DNA from: an uncultured Thermoleophilia bacterium
GTDB taxonomy: Bacteria > Actinomycetota > Thermoleophilia > UBA2241
Length of the DNA: 64,000 nucleotides
NCBI GenBank assembly: GCA_963715985.1
Contig: CAVQSP010000014.1
Span: forward strand, 672,001 to 736,000
Direction of reading: 5' to 3'
The position numbers and the translations under genes are program-made. Below the pieces are notes generated by a model. It saw nothing but the letters and a program-made list of their open reading frames with translations. It had not been told where the DNA came from and searched no databases. Numbering within the stretch: the stretch's first letter is position 1; every line of letters starts with the position of its first letter. Of the stretch, positions 1 through 10,149 are shown piece by piece.

Positions 1-987
1 CTCCTCGCGGCACTGAGGAGATCGGCAGGAGTCGAGATAGAGGGCGGGGGAGAGGCGGCCTTCGTGCCCGTACCGCGGCGACCTCGCCCCGTGAGCAGCT
101 ACGTCAAGATCTCCGACGGCTGCGACCGACGGTGCGCGTTCTGCGCGATCCCGCTGATCAAGGGCGACTACGAGATCGTGCCGTCCACCGAAGTGCTGCG
201 CACGGCCCGTGCGGCGCTGGCGGCGGGGGCGCGGGAGCTCGTGCTCGTTGGACAGGACACGTCGCGCTGGTCGGAGCCCGGGTGGGGCGGACTTCAGCGA
301 CTGCTCGCAGCCCTCGCGGCTCTGGAGCCGCCCCCGGCCTGGCTGCGCCTCCTGTACCTCCAGCCTGAAGGCGTGGACGCCGGGCTTCTGGAGGCGCTGG
401 CGCGGTTCGCCGTGCCCTACGTGGACGTGCCGCTGCAGCACGCGTCGCGGGCCGTGCTTCGGCGCATGGATCGAAGCGGCGACGGGCAGTCGCATCTGGC
501 GTTGCTCGAGCGAGTGCGCGCTGCCCTCCCCGGCGTGGCGGTGCGCAGCACGTTCATCTCGGGCTTTCCCGGTGAGACGGACGCCGATCACGAGGAGCTC
601 CTGGCCTTCGTGCGTGAGGCCGGGCTCGCGGCCGCCGGAGTGTTCGCCTTCGACGCCCAGGAGGGCACGCCGGCGGCCACCCTCCCAGACCAGGTCCCGG
701 CGGCGCTCGCCTTCGAGCGCGCCGCCGAGCTGGGGAGCGCCATCGACGGTGAGGCGGCCCGCTTCTGGGCCGCGCTGGCCGGGCGACCGCTCGACGTGCT
801 GGTGGAGCGCGGCGCCTCGCGCGCCGATGGCGTGAGCGTCGGCAGGTGCGCCCTGCAGGCGCCGGACATCGACGGCCGCACCTTCCTCAGCGGCGTGAAG
901 GCTCGACGCGGGGAGCTGATCCACGCCGTCGCCGTCGAGGGCGTCGGATATGATGTGGAGGCCGTCGTACGGAGCCCTCACGCATGA
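1..987 (+). CDS. rimO: Ribosomal protein S12 methylthiotransferase RimO (5' end outside window)
   Basis: Radical SAM motif YVKISDGCDRRCAFCAIP, RLLYLQP, C-terminal QAPDIDG; directly upstream of pgsA. Confidence 0.85.
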   Translation, partial: LLAALRRSAGVEIEGGGEAAFVPVPRRPRPVSSYVKISDGCDRRCAFCAIPLIKGDYEIVPSTEVLRTARAALAAGARELVLVGQDTSRWSEPGWGGLQRLLAALAALEPPPAWLRLLYLQPEGVDAGLLEALARFAVPYVDVPLQHASRAVLRRMDRSGDGQSHLALLERVRAALPGVAVRSTFISGFPGETDADHEELLAFVREAGLAAAGVFAFDAQEGTPAATLPDQVPAALAFERAAELGSAIDGEAARFWAALAGRPLDVLVERGASRADGVSVGRCALQAPDIDGRTFLSGVKARRGELIHAVAVEGVGYDVEAVVRSPHA

Positions 988-1622
988 CCAGCCAGCTGAA
1001 CCTCGCCAACAGCATCACCATCGCCAGGATGCTCCTCATCCCGGTGTTCCTCGTGCTGCTTCTCGGTGGTCTTCCTGAGCCCTACGGAGACATCGCGGCG
1101 GCGGCCGTCTTCATCCTCGCCGCCGCCACGGACAAGCTCGACGGCTACGTGGCCCGCCGCAGCAAGCAGATCACCACCCTGGGGCAGTTCCTCGACCCGC
1201 TGGCGGACAAGCTGCTCATCGCCGCGGCGCTCATCGCCCTCGTCAGCCAGGACCGCATCTCCGCGTGGGTCGCCATGCTCATCATCGGCCGCGAGGTCGC
1301 CGTGAGCGTGCTGCGCATCGTCGGCGTCTCGCAGGGCGTCTCCATCCCGGCCGACAAGTACGGCAAGCTCAAGACGGTGCTGCAGATCATCTACGTCGTG
1401 TACGTGCTCATCCCCACGGACAGCATCGCCGACTTCATCAACGTCTCCACCGACGTCGCCACCGTCATCCAGTGGGTGCTCGCGGGGGTGGTTGTCATCG
1501 TCACGCTCGCCTCCGGCGTGCGGTACTTCATGAACGCCAGGGGCGTCATTCGCATGCCCGGCAGCTCCCCCAAGGTGGAGTCACCCCCCGAGGAGCCCGA
1601 GCAGCCCGACGATGAGTGGTGA
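984..1622 (+). CDS. pgsA: CDP-diacylglycerol--glycerol-3-phosphate 3-phosphatidyltransferase
   Basis: TDKLDGYVARR...LGQFLDPLADKLL CDP-alcohol phosphotransferase motif; rimO-pgsA-cinA synteny. Confidence 0.9.
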   Translation: MTSQLNLANSITIARMLLIPVFLVLLLGGLPEPYGDIAAAAVFILAAATDKLDGYVARRSKQITTLGQFLDPLADKLLIAAALIALVSQDRISAWVAMLIIGREVAVSVLRIVGVSQGVSIPADKYGKLKTVLQIIYVVYVLIPTDSIADFINVSTDVATVIQWVLAGVVVIVTLASGVRYFMNARGVIRMPGSSPKVESPPEEPEQPDDEW

Positions 1623-2862
1623 CCTGCCCCGCGCGGCCGTCGTCCTCAGCGGCAACGAGCTGCTCGACGGCCGCACGCGCGACACCAACGGAGTCCTCCT
1701 CAGCGCGGACCTGAGCGCGCGCGGCGTCAAGGTCACGAGCGTGCTCACGGTGGCCGACGACGCCGAGCGGCTCACGGCCGCCCTCCGCTACAGCCTGCAG
1801 GCCGCGCCCGATCTGCTTGTCGTCGGCGGCGGCCTCGGCACCACGCACGACGACCTCACGGCCGCGTGCCTCGCCGAGGCTCTGGGCGTGGAGCTTCGCG
1901 AAGACGGGCGGGCGCTCGCCATGCTGGAGGAGCGCGTCCGCCTGGTGGCCAAGCGCCGGCACCAGGACTTCGACGCCGTCTTCCCTCTCGCCCGACGCCA
2001 GGCACGGCTTCCCGTGGGCGCTCGGCCCGTGCCTCCGGCCGGCGTGGCCCCCGGCATCGCCGCCCGCAGCGGCGTCACCCGCATCTTCGCCTTCCCGGGA
2101 GTGCCCTTCGAGTTCGAGCGCATGTGGAGCGAGGTAGCCGCGGACCTCGAGGGCGAGGGGTTCTTTCCGGACGCGGTCGTCCGTGTCGTGCGCGTCTTCG
2201 GGGTCGGGGAGTTGCAGGTCGGTCCCGTGCTCGACGCCTGCGAGCACGGTCTGCTGGAGACCGGCATCAACGTCGGCGGGGGAGAGGTCACCGTGCGGCT
2301 GCGCTACCGTCGGGACCCCGCCGCGGAGGCGCAGGCGGCGGCCGTGTTGACGGCGCTACAGGCCGCGGTCCCGGTGTTCAGCATCGACGGCCGCACCGTG
2401 GACGACCTCGTCGCCGACGGCCTCCGCGCCGGCGGCCGTACCGTGGCCGTGGCCGAGTCCTGCACGGGCGGCCTCCTGGGCGAGCGCCTCACGCGCCGTG
2501 CCGGAGCGTCGGACTACTTCCTCGGCGGCGTCATCAGCTACTCCAACCAGGTGAAGATGGACCTGCTGGACGTGCCGCCGGGCATGCTGGCGCAGTACGG
2601 CGCCGTGTCGGAAGAGGTGGCCGGCGCCATGGCCGAAGGCGCGCGGGCGGCCACTCGCGCCGACTACGCCCTGGCCGTCACGGGCGTCGCCGGCCCCGAC
2701 GGCGGTACAGACGAGAAGCCGGTCGGCCTGGTCTACGTGGGCTGTGCCGGGCCGGAGGGCACGCGCGTGGTCCGCGGGCAGTACCCCGGCGACCGCGCCA
2801 CGGTGCGCGAGTTCAGCTGCGCAGCCGCGCTCCACCTGCTGCGCGACGCGCTCGGGCCGTGA
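1612..2862 (+). CDS. cinA: CinA-family protein (molybdopterin-binding domain plus NMN deamidase)
   Basis: GNELLDG...DTN, GGLGTTHDDLT, AESCTGG, GAVSEE, TGVAGPDGG motifs. Confidence 0.9.
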   Translation: MSGDLPRAAVVLSGNELLDGRTRDTNGVLLSADLSARGVKVTSVLTVADDAERLTAALRYSLQAAPDLLVVGGGLGTTHDDLTAACLAEALGVELREDGRALAMLEERVRLVAKRRHQDFDAVFPLARRQARLPVGARPVPPAGVAPGIAARSGVTRIFAFPGVPFEFERMWSEVAADLEGEGFFPDAVVRVVRVFGVGELQVGPVLDACEHGLLETGINVGGGEVTVRLRYRRDPAAEAQAAAVLTALQAAVPVFSIDGRTVDDLVADGLRAGGRTVAVAESCTGGLLGERLTRRAGASDYFLGGVISYSNQVKMDLLDVPPGMLAQYGAVSEEVAGAMAEGARAATRADYALAVTGVAGPDGGTDEKPVGLVYVGCAGPEGTRVVRGQYPGDRATVREFSCAAALHLLRDALGP

Positions 2863-3413
2863 GCGGCCCCCCCGCTGGACCGTCTCTGCGGCTGTTCGTC
2901 GCCGCCGAGCTCCCTTGGGAGACCCTGCGGCGCGTCGAAGACTGGCAACAGAAGGTCCTCGCGCCTGTCGAGGCCCTCCGCCTCAACCACGCGCTTCATC
3001 TCACGCTGGCGTTTCTCGGCGACGTGCCGCGCAAACGCGTGGACGATCTCGTGGAGGCACTGGCAGGCGTGCCTGTGGAGCCCAGTCCAATAGCGGGTGT
3101 CGACGTCCTCTTCCTGCCCGGGAAGGGTCCCAAGCGGGTCGTGGCCCTCGCGCTCGCCGACCGCGACGGACGGTTGGCGCGGCTCCAGGCGGACGTGAGC
3201 CGCGCCCTGGCGGGCACGGGGGTGTACGAGCCGCCCCGAAGGCCTTGGCTGCCCCACGTCACCGTGGCCAGATTCCGCCGTCCCGGTCACCCGTTTTCCC
3301 TGCAAAATGTGAACATCCCGGAGTTTTGTGTCGTCCGGACCGTCTTGTATAGTAGCCTCCTGGAGAGGGCCGGTGCCGTGCACACTCCCTTGGCAGTCTT
3401 TCCCGCATCCTGA
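2859..3413 (+). CDS. thpR: RNA 2',3'-cyclic phosphodiesterase
   Basis: RLFVA start, two HxT motifs ([16 protein letters not shown]); GTG start overlaps cinA stop. Confidence 0.85.
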   Translation: MSGPPAGPSLRLFVAAELPWETLRRVEDWQQKVLAPVEALRLNHALHLTLAFLGDVPRKRVDDLVEALAGVPVEPSPIAGVDVLFLPGKGPKRVVALALADRDGRLARLQADVSRALAGTGVYEPPRRPWLPHVTVARFRRPGHPFSLQNVNIPEFCVVRTVLYSSLLERAGAVHTPLAVFPAS

Positions 3414-3432
3414 GCACGAGAGGAGCGCCACC

Positions 3433-4515
3433 TTGGACAAGGACAAAGCCCTCGAGGCGGCCGTCACACAGATCGAACGACAGTTCGGCAAGGGCAGCGT
3501 CATGCGCCTGGGCGACCACCCCGTGAGCGACGACATGCTGTTCGTGCCCACAGGCTCGCTGGCCCTCGACATCGCCCTCGGCGTGGGGGGCATCCCCCGC
3601 GGCCGCATCATCGAGATCTTCGGCCCCGAGTCGTCGGGCAAGACCACCATGGTCTACCACCTCATCGCTCAGGCGCAGCGCCTGGGCGGCACCGCCGCGT
3701 TCATCGATGCCGAGCACGCCATGGATCCCATCTACGCCAAGGCCATCGGCGTCGACGTCGACAACCTGCTGGTCTCGCAGCCCGACTACGGTGAGCAGGC
3801 CCTGGAGATCGCCGAGATGCTGGTGCGCAGCGGCGCCCTCGACATCGTCGCCATCGACTCCGTCGCCGCCCTCACCCCCAAAGCCGAGATCGAGGGGGAG
3901 ATGGGCGACAGCTTCGTCGGCCTGCAGGCCCGTCTCATGAGCCAGGCGCTGCGCAAGCTGGCCGGCACGCTCAACCGCTCCGGCACCATCTGCTGCTTCA
4001 CCAACCAGCTGCGCGAGAAGATCGGCGTCATGTTCGGCAATCCGGAGGTCACCACCGGCGGCAAGGCGCTCAAGTTCTACGCCACCGTCCGCCTCGACAT
4101 CCGCCGCATCGAGACGCTCAAGGACGGCACCGAGGCCGTCGGCAACCGTGTCCGCGTCAAGGTGGTCAAGAACAAGGTCGCTCCGCCCTTCAAGCAAGCC
4201 GAGTTCGACATCATGTACGGGCAGGGCATCTCGCGTGAGGGCACGCTCCTCGACCTCGGCGTGCAGTACGACGTCGTCGCCAAGAGCGGCGCCTTCTTCA
4301 GCTACAACGACGAGCGCCTCGGGCAGGGCCGCGCCAACGCCAAGGTCTTCCTCAAGGAGAACCCGGACATGGCCGACGCCATCGAGGCGCTGATCCGCGA
4401 GAAGGCCGGGCTGCCCGTCGCAGCCGCCGTACCGGGCGCAGCGGCCGTCGCCGCGGCGGCCGCTCCCGCCGCCGAGCCGGCGGCCGTGGACCCGGTGACC
4501 GGCGAGGTCCTCTAG
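3433..4515 (+). CDS. recA: Recombinase RecA
   Basis: [26 protein letters not shown]; TTG start after AGGAG; ends in TAG. Confidence 0.98.
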   Translation: MDKDKALEAAVTQIERQFGKGSVMRLGDHPVSDDMLFVPTGSLALDIALGVGGIPRGRIIEIFGPESSGKTTMVYHLIAQAQRLGGTAAFIDAEHAMDPIYAKAIGVDVDNLLVSQPDYGEQALEIAEMLVRSGALDIVAIDSVAALTPKAEIEGEMGDSFVGLQARLMSQALRKLAGTLNRSGTICCFTNQLREKIGVMFGNPEVTTGGKALKFYATVRLDIRRIETLKDGTEAVGNRVRVKVVKNKVAPPFKQAEFDIMYGQGISREGTLLDLGVQYDVVAKSGAFFSYNDERLGQGRANAKVFLKENPDMADAIEALIREKAGLPVAAAVPGAAAVAAAAAPAAEPAAVDPVTGEVL

Positions 4516-4526
4516 CTTCTCGTCCA

Positions 4527-5168
4527 ATGCCGGTCGTCACGGCGCTGCGCGCCACGCGGCGCGGCCGCGTCGCCGTCCACGTGGACGGCGAGTTCGTCTG
4601 CGCCGTGAGCGACGCGCTCGTCGCCCGCTGGCGCCTCCACACGGGCCGCGAGCTGGACGCCGAGGCCGTCGAGCAGCTGCGCGTGCACGCGTCTTTCGAG
4701 CTCGCGCTGGCCGACGCGTACCGGCTGCTCGGCCACCGCTCCCGCAGCCGCGAGGAGCTTCGCCGGCGGCTGCTGCAGAAGGAGCATGCTGCGGAGGCCG
4801 TGTCGGCCGCGCTCGAAGTCCTCGCCGCCGACGGCTTCGTCGACGACGCGCAGTTCGCGCGCAGCTACGTGGCCGACAAGCGCCGCCTCGCCGGCTGGGG
4901 CGGCGAGCGCATCCGCCTGGGGCTGGTCGCACTCGGCGTGGATCGGGCGACCGTCGACGCCGCGCTGGGCGGCGCCGCCGAAGGAGCCCCGGACGACGAG
5001 CTCGAGCGCGCCGTCGCCGTCCTCAGCCGCAAAGGCGCGCCTCATCCGCCGCTCGACGCGGCCCGGCGGCGCGCCTACCAGGCCCTGCTGCGCCGCGGGT
5101 TCGCCTCCGCCGTGGCCTACGCCGCGGTGCGTCGCTGGAGTGGGGGAGAGGGCGGCGACGCCGACTGA
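4527..5168 (+). CDS. recX: Regulatory protein RecX
   Basis: RSREELRRRL, GFVDDAQFA, LLRRGF motifs; follows recA. Confidence 0.88.
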   Translation: MPVVTALRATRRGRVAVHVDGEFVCAVSDALVARWRLHTGRELDAEAVEQLRVHASFELALADAYRLLGHRSRSREELRRRLLQKEHAAEAVSAALEVLAADGFVDDAQFARSYVADKRRLAGWGGERIRLGLVALGVDRATVDAALGGAAEGAPDDELERAVAVLSRKGAPHPPLDAARRRAYQALLRRGFASAVAYAAVRRWSGGEGGDAD

Positions 5169-5244
5169 CAGGCCCGGAGGCGACGCCGGCTGACCCGGAG
5201 GCGACGGCGCCGGGCGCTCCCAGCGCGGCGCGAGCGGGCCCGGG

Positions 5245-6864
5245 TCAGCTGTCCAGCGGAGACTCCGTGAACCACACTTCGAGCTCCGTGCCCGCACGCG
5301 CCCGCCTGTAGAAGCCGGACACGAGGTAGACCCCGAACGACGCCGCGTAGAGCACCAGCGTCGTGACGATGGGCACGGCGAGCCCGAGTCCAAGGCTCAG
5401 CCCGAAGTCCACCGTGTAGCGCGCCACGATCCACACGGTGAAGACGACGAACGTCACACCCGCGAGCGTGATCACCGGCACACCCAGGAACTCGTAGCGG
5501 GACGCGGCCGACTCGCGGTACAACTCGCGGCGCACGAAGGGGAAGACGGCTCCGGTGGCGCACGTCACGGCGAAGGCGAGAATGTTCACCAATGCGACCG
5601 TGTTGAGCGTCAGTCGCCAGTAGGGGGTGAACGCGTAGACCATGCACGGCGCGACGCACATCACGCTGAACAGGGTGATGGCCTTCACCGGAGCCTTGGT
5701 CGTCGCATGCAGGTGCCCCACCCAGCGGGGCAGGATGCGGTCTGAGGACATCGCCATGAGGACACGTGACGCTGCCAGCGCGGGGTTCGGGGCGTTCATC
5801 CAGAGGAGCGCGTTGAGGAACAGCGCGACGATCACCGCGAGCAGGCGCGCCCACGACGAACCATCGGCCCACCAGAGAAACGGGACGACGGGCACCGGCA
5901 TCTGGTCCGGGTGCTCGAAGAAGAGAAAGGCGCTGGCGCCGAGCGAGGAGGCGCCGAACCTGTACGCCACCAAGGTGCCGAGGAGAGCGGAGAAGATCGC
6001 CGATGTGATCATGGCCCCGAGGATGATGAAGACCTGCGCCCGCAGCTGAGAGGCGTCCCTCGTCTCTCCCGCCTGTTGGGTGCTCCAGCCCGCGTACACG
6101 AGCATGTAGCTCGCGAGCGGGATGATCGCCAGCGTCTGGGCGAGGAACGTGCCGGTGCCGGGCGAGTAGCCGAGGGCCAGTGCCCGGGACATCCCCTCCT
6201 GATACACCGGCAGGCTCCCGAGATCGTCCACCTTGAGGAGGGCGATGAGGATCGGGATCAACAGGACGCCGGCCGCCACCGAGAACCAGCGCTGCCATCT
6301 GGCGTACGTCCTCATCCCGAGGATGACGACGGCCGCCGACCAGACGATGACGACGATCGACAGCACGAGGACGCCCCAGGGGCTCTGTGCCCACCTGGAT
6401 GCCTGGATGAGCGCCCCGGAGTCAAACGCCACACCCAGCGAGAAGAACAACGGACCCACCGCCAGATGAGCGGCGCACCAGCCGGTGACCGCTACCCACA
6501 GCGTCCCGCCGAGGACGATCGCCGAGAAGCAGAAGACAGAACCGGTGGCGGTGGAGAGGATGCGGGCCTGGAAGTAGTACTCTCCGCCGCTGCGCGGCAT
6601 GCACGCCGCGAGATAGGCGTAGACGAGCGCCTCAGCCGCACAGAAGCCTACCGCAATCGCGGTCGCCAGCAGCCAGTTCCCGCCCGGGTAGATCATGAGG
6701 GCGGTCAGGAATGCCAAGGCGAAGCCCATGATCGGGTTCATGACCTGGAAGTTGTAGAGGAAGGCGTCCAGCGGGTACCACACCCGATCCACCCGCCTAC
6801 TTAGGCACAACGTCAGGACGATGCCCTGGTCGTCGGCACTCGCGGGCGCGGGGTCCACGCTCAC
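5245..6864 (-). CDS. APC-family amino acid/amine permease
   Basis: About 12 hydrophobic segments, MPRSGGEY motif, ASRVLMAMSSDRILP motif. Confidence 0.8.
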   Translation of the reverse strand: MSVDPAPASADDQGIVLTLCLSRRVDRVWYPLDAFLYNFQVMNPIMGFALAFLTALMIYPGGNWLLATAIAVGFCAAEALVYAYLAACMPRSGGEYYFQARILSTATGSVFCFSAIVLGGTLWVAVTGWCAAHLAVGPLFFSLGVAFDSGALIQASRWAQSPWGVLVLSIVVIVWSAAVVILGMRTYARWQRWFSVAAGVLLIPILIALLKVDDLGSLPVYQEGMSRALALGYSPGTGTFLAQTLAIIPLASYMLVYAGWSTQQAGETRDASQLRAQVFIILGAMITSAIFSALLGTLVAYRFGASSLGASAFLFFEHPDQMPVPVVPFLWWADGSSWARLLAVIVALFLNALLWMNAPNPALAASRVLMAMSSDRILPRWVGHLHATTKAPVKAITLFSVMCVAPCMVYAFTPYWRLTLNTVALVNILAFAVTCATGAVFPFVRRELYRESAASRYEFLGVPVITLAGVTFVVFTVWIVARYTVDFGLSLGLGLAVPIVTTLVLYAASFGVYLVSGFYRRARAGTELEVWFTESPLDS

Positions 6865-7496
6865 TCCAGCAGGCCCTTCCTCATCGCGACCGCCACAGCA
6901 TGCGCGCGGTCCGAGACCTCGAGCGTGCGGTAGATAGACTCCAGGTGACTCTTGACGGTATCCACGCTGACGAAGAGGTGGAGCGCCACCTCGCGGTTGG
7001 TCGCGCCCGCCGCCACCATGCGGAGGATCTCCAGCTCGTGAGGCGTGAGCAACTCCTTGTCCTTCGCACGTTGTTCATCCCTCAGGAACGCCTTCACGAC
7101 GACCTCGTCGAAGTGGCGCCCTCCAGCGGCGACGTGACGGACGGCGCGGATCAACTCGTCTGCGGAGGCGTTCTTCATGACGTAGCCGCTCGCCCCCGAC
7201 TTGACGGCACGCAGCACGATCTCGTCGTCGTCGTGGACCGTCAGCACGATGATCTTCGGCAGACCCTCCGCGTCCCTGACCAGCTGCGGGATCACTTCGA
7301 GCCCGTGCATGCCGTGCATCTGCAGGTCGAGCAGCACGATGTCGCACTTGACGGTCTTGGCGAGGGTCACAGCCTCCTCGCCGCTGGACGCCTGGCCGAC
7401 GACCTGCAGGTCGTCGCAGGCGCTCAGCATGCCCTCCAGCCCGCGCCTGACGACCTCGTGATCGTCGACGATCAGTATGCGGATAGGTCTCACCAT
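6861..7496 (-). CDS. NarL/LuxR-family response regulator
   Basis: IRILIVDDHEVVRRG receiver, LLDLQM, C-terminal LTPHELEILRMVAAGATNREVA HTH. Confidence 0.92.
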   Translation of the reverse strand: MVRPIRILIVDDHEVVRRGLEGMLSACDDLQVVGQASSGEEAVTLAKTVKCDIVLLDLQMHGMHGLEVIPQLVRDAEGLPKIIVLTVHDDDEIVLRAVKSGASGYVMKNASADELIRAVRHVAAGGRHFDEVVVKAFLRDEQRAKDKELLTPHELEILRMVAAGATNREVALHLFVSVDTVKSHLESIYRTLEVSDRAHAVAVAMRKGLLE

Positions 7497-7522
7497 CACG
7501 CTGGTGCCGAGGAGCGGCCTTT

Positions 7523-9724
7523 CTAGTCGTTCAGAGGGACGTCGAGCCTCACGATGGTGCCGACACCGGGCGTGGACTCGATCGAGAGCCGGGCGCCGAT
7601 GACCGTCGCCTGCTCCTCCATCATCGCGCACCCGAAGTGGGCGGCCTTCTTAAGCGCCGCGACACTGAAGCCCACCCCGTCGTCGCGAACGCTGAGCCGT
7701 GCCGAGCGCTTCTCTCCCGCGTCGGTCTGCTCGAGCCGTATCCAGATGTGTCCCGCCTCAGCGTGGCGGTTGGCGTTGAGCGTGGCCTCCCGGGCCACCT
7801 TGTACACGGCGGTCGCCGTCTCGCGGCTCAGGTCGGGAATGTGCTCGATGTTCGTGTGGACGAGCGTAGACCCGCGCGCACTGTCCAGATGCTGGCCCAG
7901 GGCCGCCAGGGAGGCCTCCAGCCCCAATTCGTCGAGGACTGGCGGGCGCAACTCCCACACGATGCGGCGAGCGTCGTCCACGGTCTGCTGGAGGACGCCG
8001 ACCGCCTCGTCGAGGATCTCGGCGGAGGCGTCCGGGTGGCGGCGCAGGAAGGATTCGAGCAGGTACCGTGCCCCTACCACCGACTGGATGATGTCGTCGT
8101 GGACGACGCTCGCGAACGTCTGGCGCTCGTCCTGACGTATCTCACAGATGCGCTGGGCGAGCGATTGGATGGACTCGCGGCTGTGCATGAGGTCCCGATA
8201 CAGCCGCGCGTTGTGGATGGCGATAGCGGCTTGCTCCGCCACTTCGGCGGCGCGCGCCATGTCCTGCTCGGAGTACCGTGTCCTCCGCCCGACTGAGTAC
8301 AGGACCAGCGAGCCGATGAGCTCGCTGTGCGCGAGGACCGGCACGATGAGGGCCGAGCGCAGGTCGAGAAGGCGCCGGGCCTCGGAGTCGACGCCGGCGC
8401 CTGCGATGAGGTCGTCCACCACGATGCTGCGCCTGCTCTCCAGGAGCGTGGCCAGGCTCTGGCCGCTGCGGATCCGCACGCGAAGCCCGATCAGGCTGGC
8501 GGCATCAGGTTCGGAGGCTGCGACGGTGACGAGGTCACCGGTCTCCGGGCTCAGCTCGAGGAGCAGACAGCTGGACCCGCTCACGGTGCTGACCGCGCTC
8601 ATCGCGATCTCCTGGTAGGTCTCGTGCAGGTCGAGGCTCTGCGAGATCGTGTGGAGGAAGGCCTGAGACGAGTGCAGGATCACGGCGTCGCGCCGGCTCT
8701 TCTCGGAGACGACGTGGCTGTGCACCAGAGGCCCAACGGCCTCGCACGCCGTGGTCAGGGCGCGAGTGCGGTCAAGCGTCAACTCCTGATCGCGCGCGCT
8801 GCTGACCACGATGTAGGCGGTGACCGAGTGGCCGGCAAGGGCCGGCGCGAGCACTCCGCTTCGGAACCCTCGGCTCATGACCGCTTTGAGGCCCCTCTGC
8901 AGGGCGTCGCCGGTACCCAGCTCCCTGAGCCGCGGCTGCTGCGCGAGACGGACCAGTTCCGGGTCGGTCAGATCGAGATCTTCGTATGGGTAGCCGCGCT
9001 GGCGCGTCGAGCCGTGGATCGCCAGGAGCTCGGCAGCTCGCGGGCTCCGGCACACGAACACCGCCCCTGCGTCCATGTCGAGCGCCCGGAGAAGGTGGGG
9101 CAGCATCGAGGACAGCGCCTCGTTCAAGTCGCGGTCCTGGTTGAGCTCCGAGAGTATGGTCTGGCTGACTCCGGCCTGCTGCTGGACTCGCAGAGCCGTC
9201 TCGAACACGCGACTGGTGGCGGCGGACGCCTCCGCGGCGAGCTCCAGCTGAAGGACTCCACGGCCGTTCCGAGCGTTCGGCGTGTAGGCTACCGTCCACA
9301 GGCTCACGCGTGCGCCGAGGCGGGCGAAGAACTCGCCCGCGAGGGGACGACGTTCGGCGCACGCCACCTCCACCGCCGCGGCCGTGCTCGGGTCCCAGTC
9401 GCTCAGGCACGTATTCACGCGCTCGCCCGCCCTCGCCTGCCACAGGCGCCGCAGGTGCCGGTCCGCGCCGTCCACGCGCACGATGACGGCGCGTTCGTCG
9501 AGTTCGAGGAGCAGAGCGTGCGAAGGCAGAGCGAGCGACGCCGGCGTGCCCGTGTCAGCAGACGTCTCAAGGCCATCCGCGGCTCCGACCAGCGGGGCGG
9601 CGTCCGCGTGGCTGCGTCTCAGACTTCGTAGACGTGGCATGTCGAGCATCAGATGCGAGCCTTCCACGCGCGTGCAGAAGAGTCCACGTCGGTGCGTCTT
9701 CCACCGCGGCATGGCCTGGGCCAC
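7523..9724 (-). CDS. GAF-domain sensor histidine kinase (HisKA_3 type); start uncertain
   Basis: GAF-like repeats ending AAIAIHNARLY, H-box VHDDIIQ, ELRPPVLDELGL, DDGVGF, STPGVGT. Confidence 0.88.
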   Translation of the reverse strand: MAQAMPRWKTHRRGLFCTRVEGSHLMLDMPRLRSLRRSHADAAPLVGAADGLETSADTGTPASLALPSHALLLELDERAVIVRVDGADRHLRRLWQARAGERVNTCLSDWDPSTAAAVEVACAERRPLAGEFFARLGARVSLWTVAYTPNARNGRGVLQLELAAEASAATSRVFETALRVQQQAGVSQTILSELNQDRDLNEALSSMLPHLLRALDMDAGAVFVCRSPRAAELLAIHGSTRQRGYPYEDLDLTDPELVRLAQQPRLRELGTGDALQRGLKAVMSRGFRSGVLAPALAGHSVTAYIVVSSARDQELTLDRTRALTTACEAVGPLVHSHVVSEKSRRDAVILHSSQAFLHTISQSLDLHETYQEIAMSAVSTVSGSSCLLLELSPETGDLVTVAASEPDAASLIGLRVRIRSGQSLATLLESRRSIVVDDLIAGAGVDSEARRLLDLRSALIVPVLAHSELIGSLVLYSVGRRTRYSEQDMARAAEVAEQAAIAIHNARLYRDLMHSRESIQSLAQRICEIRQDERQTFASVVHDDIIQSVVGARYLLESFLRRHPDASAEILDEAVGVLQQTVDDARRIVWELRPPVLDELGLEASLAALGQHLDSARGSTLVHTNIEHIPDLSRETATAVYKVAREATLNANRHAEAGHIWIRLEQTDAGEKRSARLSVRDDGVGFSVAALKKAAHFGCAMMEEQATVIGARLSIESTPGVGTIVRLDVPLND

Positions 9725-9802
9725 GGGGCGGTCTCGGGAACGGATGCATATTCTCGGTCAGAGAGGCCACAGATGCAACGCTCCCGGCCTGTCGCCCCCT
9801 CG

Positions 9803-9840
9803 TGACCCCACCGGGTATTCGCCTTCACCCTTCCGGGTAT
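9803..9840. promoter_or_regulatory. Two tandem inverted repeats ACCC-N4-GGGTAT, candidate response-regulator boxes
   Basis: TGACCC-cacc-GGGTAT (9803-9818) and TCACCC-ttcc-GGGTAT (9825-9840), 22 bp apart, between the divergent kinase and mtmB1. Confidence 0.5.
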
Positions 9841-10035
9841 CCGACGCTGCACACACGGGGGGTGCACGTGTTCCGCCGGCTGCAGTACTGTCGTGTCCGC
9901 GGCGGTGGGATTCCGACACTGCCGTCTCCGGCCCCTATGTGCGCATCGTGCCAACGTCCTCGCACCGACGATGCCCTCCTGCACAGGACCCACTCGTCGA
10001 TGCCACGTACCGCGTCACCGGCGTGAGGTGAGGAG

Positions 10036-10149
10036 GTGGTGTCTCACCCGAGGTAGTTCCGCAGAGTCCGATCAGGCTTCCACAACGGTAGACCGGAAGG
10101 AGGAGCCACATGGCTGGACCTGGGACGAAAGCCCAGCGCGAGCGCATGA
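10036..10149 (+). other. Candidate amber-containing leader ORF of mtmB1
   Basis: GAGGTGAGGAG then GTG GTG TCT CAC CCG AGG TAG (10054-56); read-through frame ends at TGA 10147-49. Confidence 0.4.

Noticed and set aside
4513-4529. Amber read-through fusions recA-recX, kinase-regulator, miaA-dapF and dapL-hflX
   Set aside because: In each case the downstream gene is out of frame with the TAG
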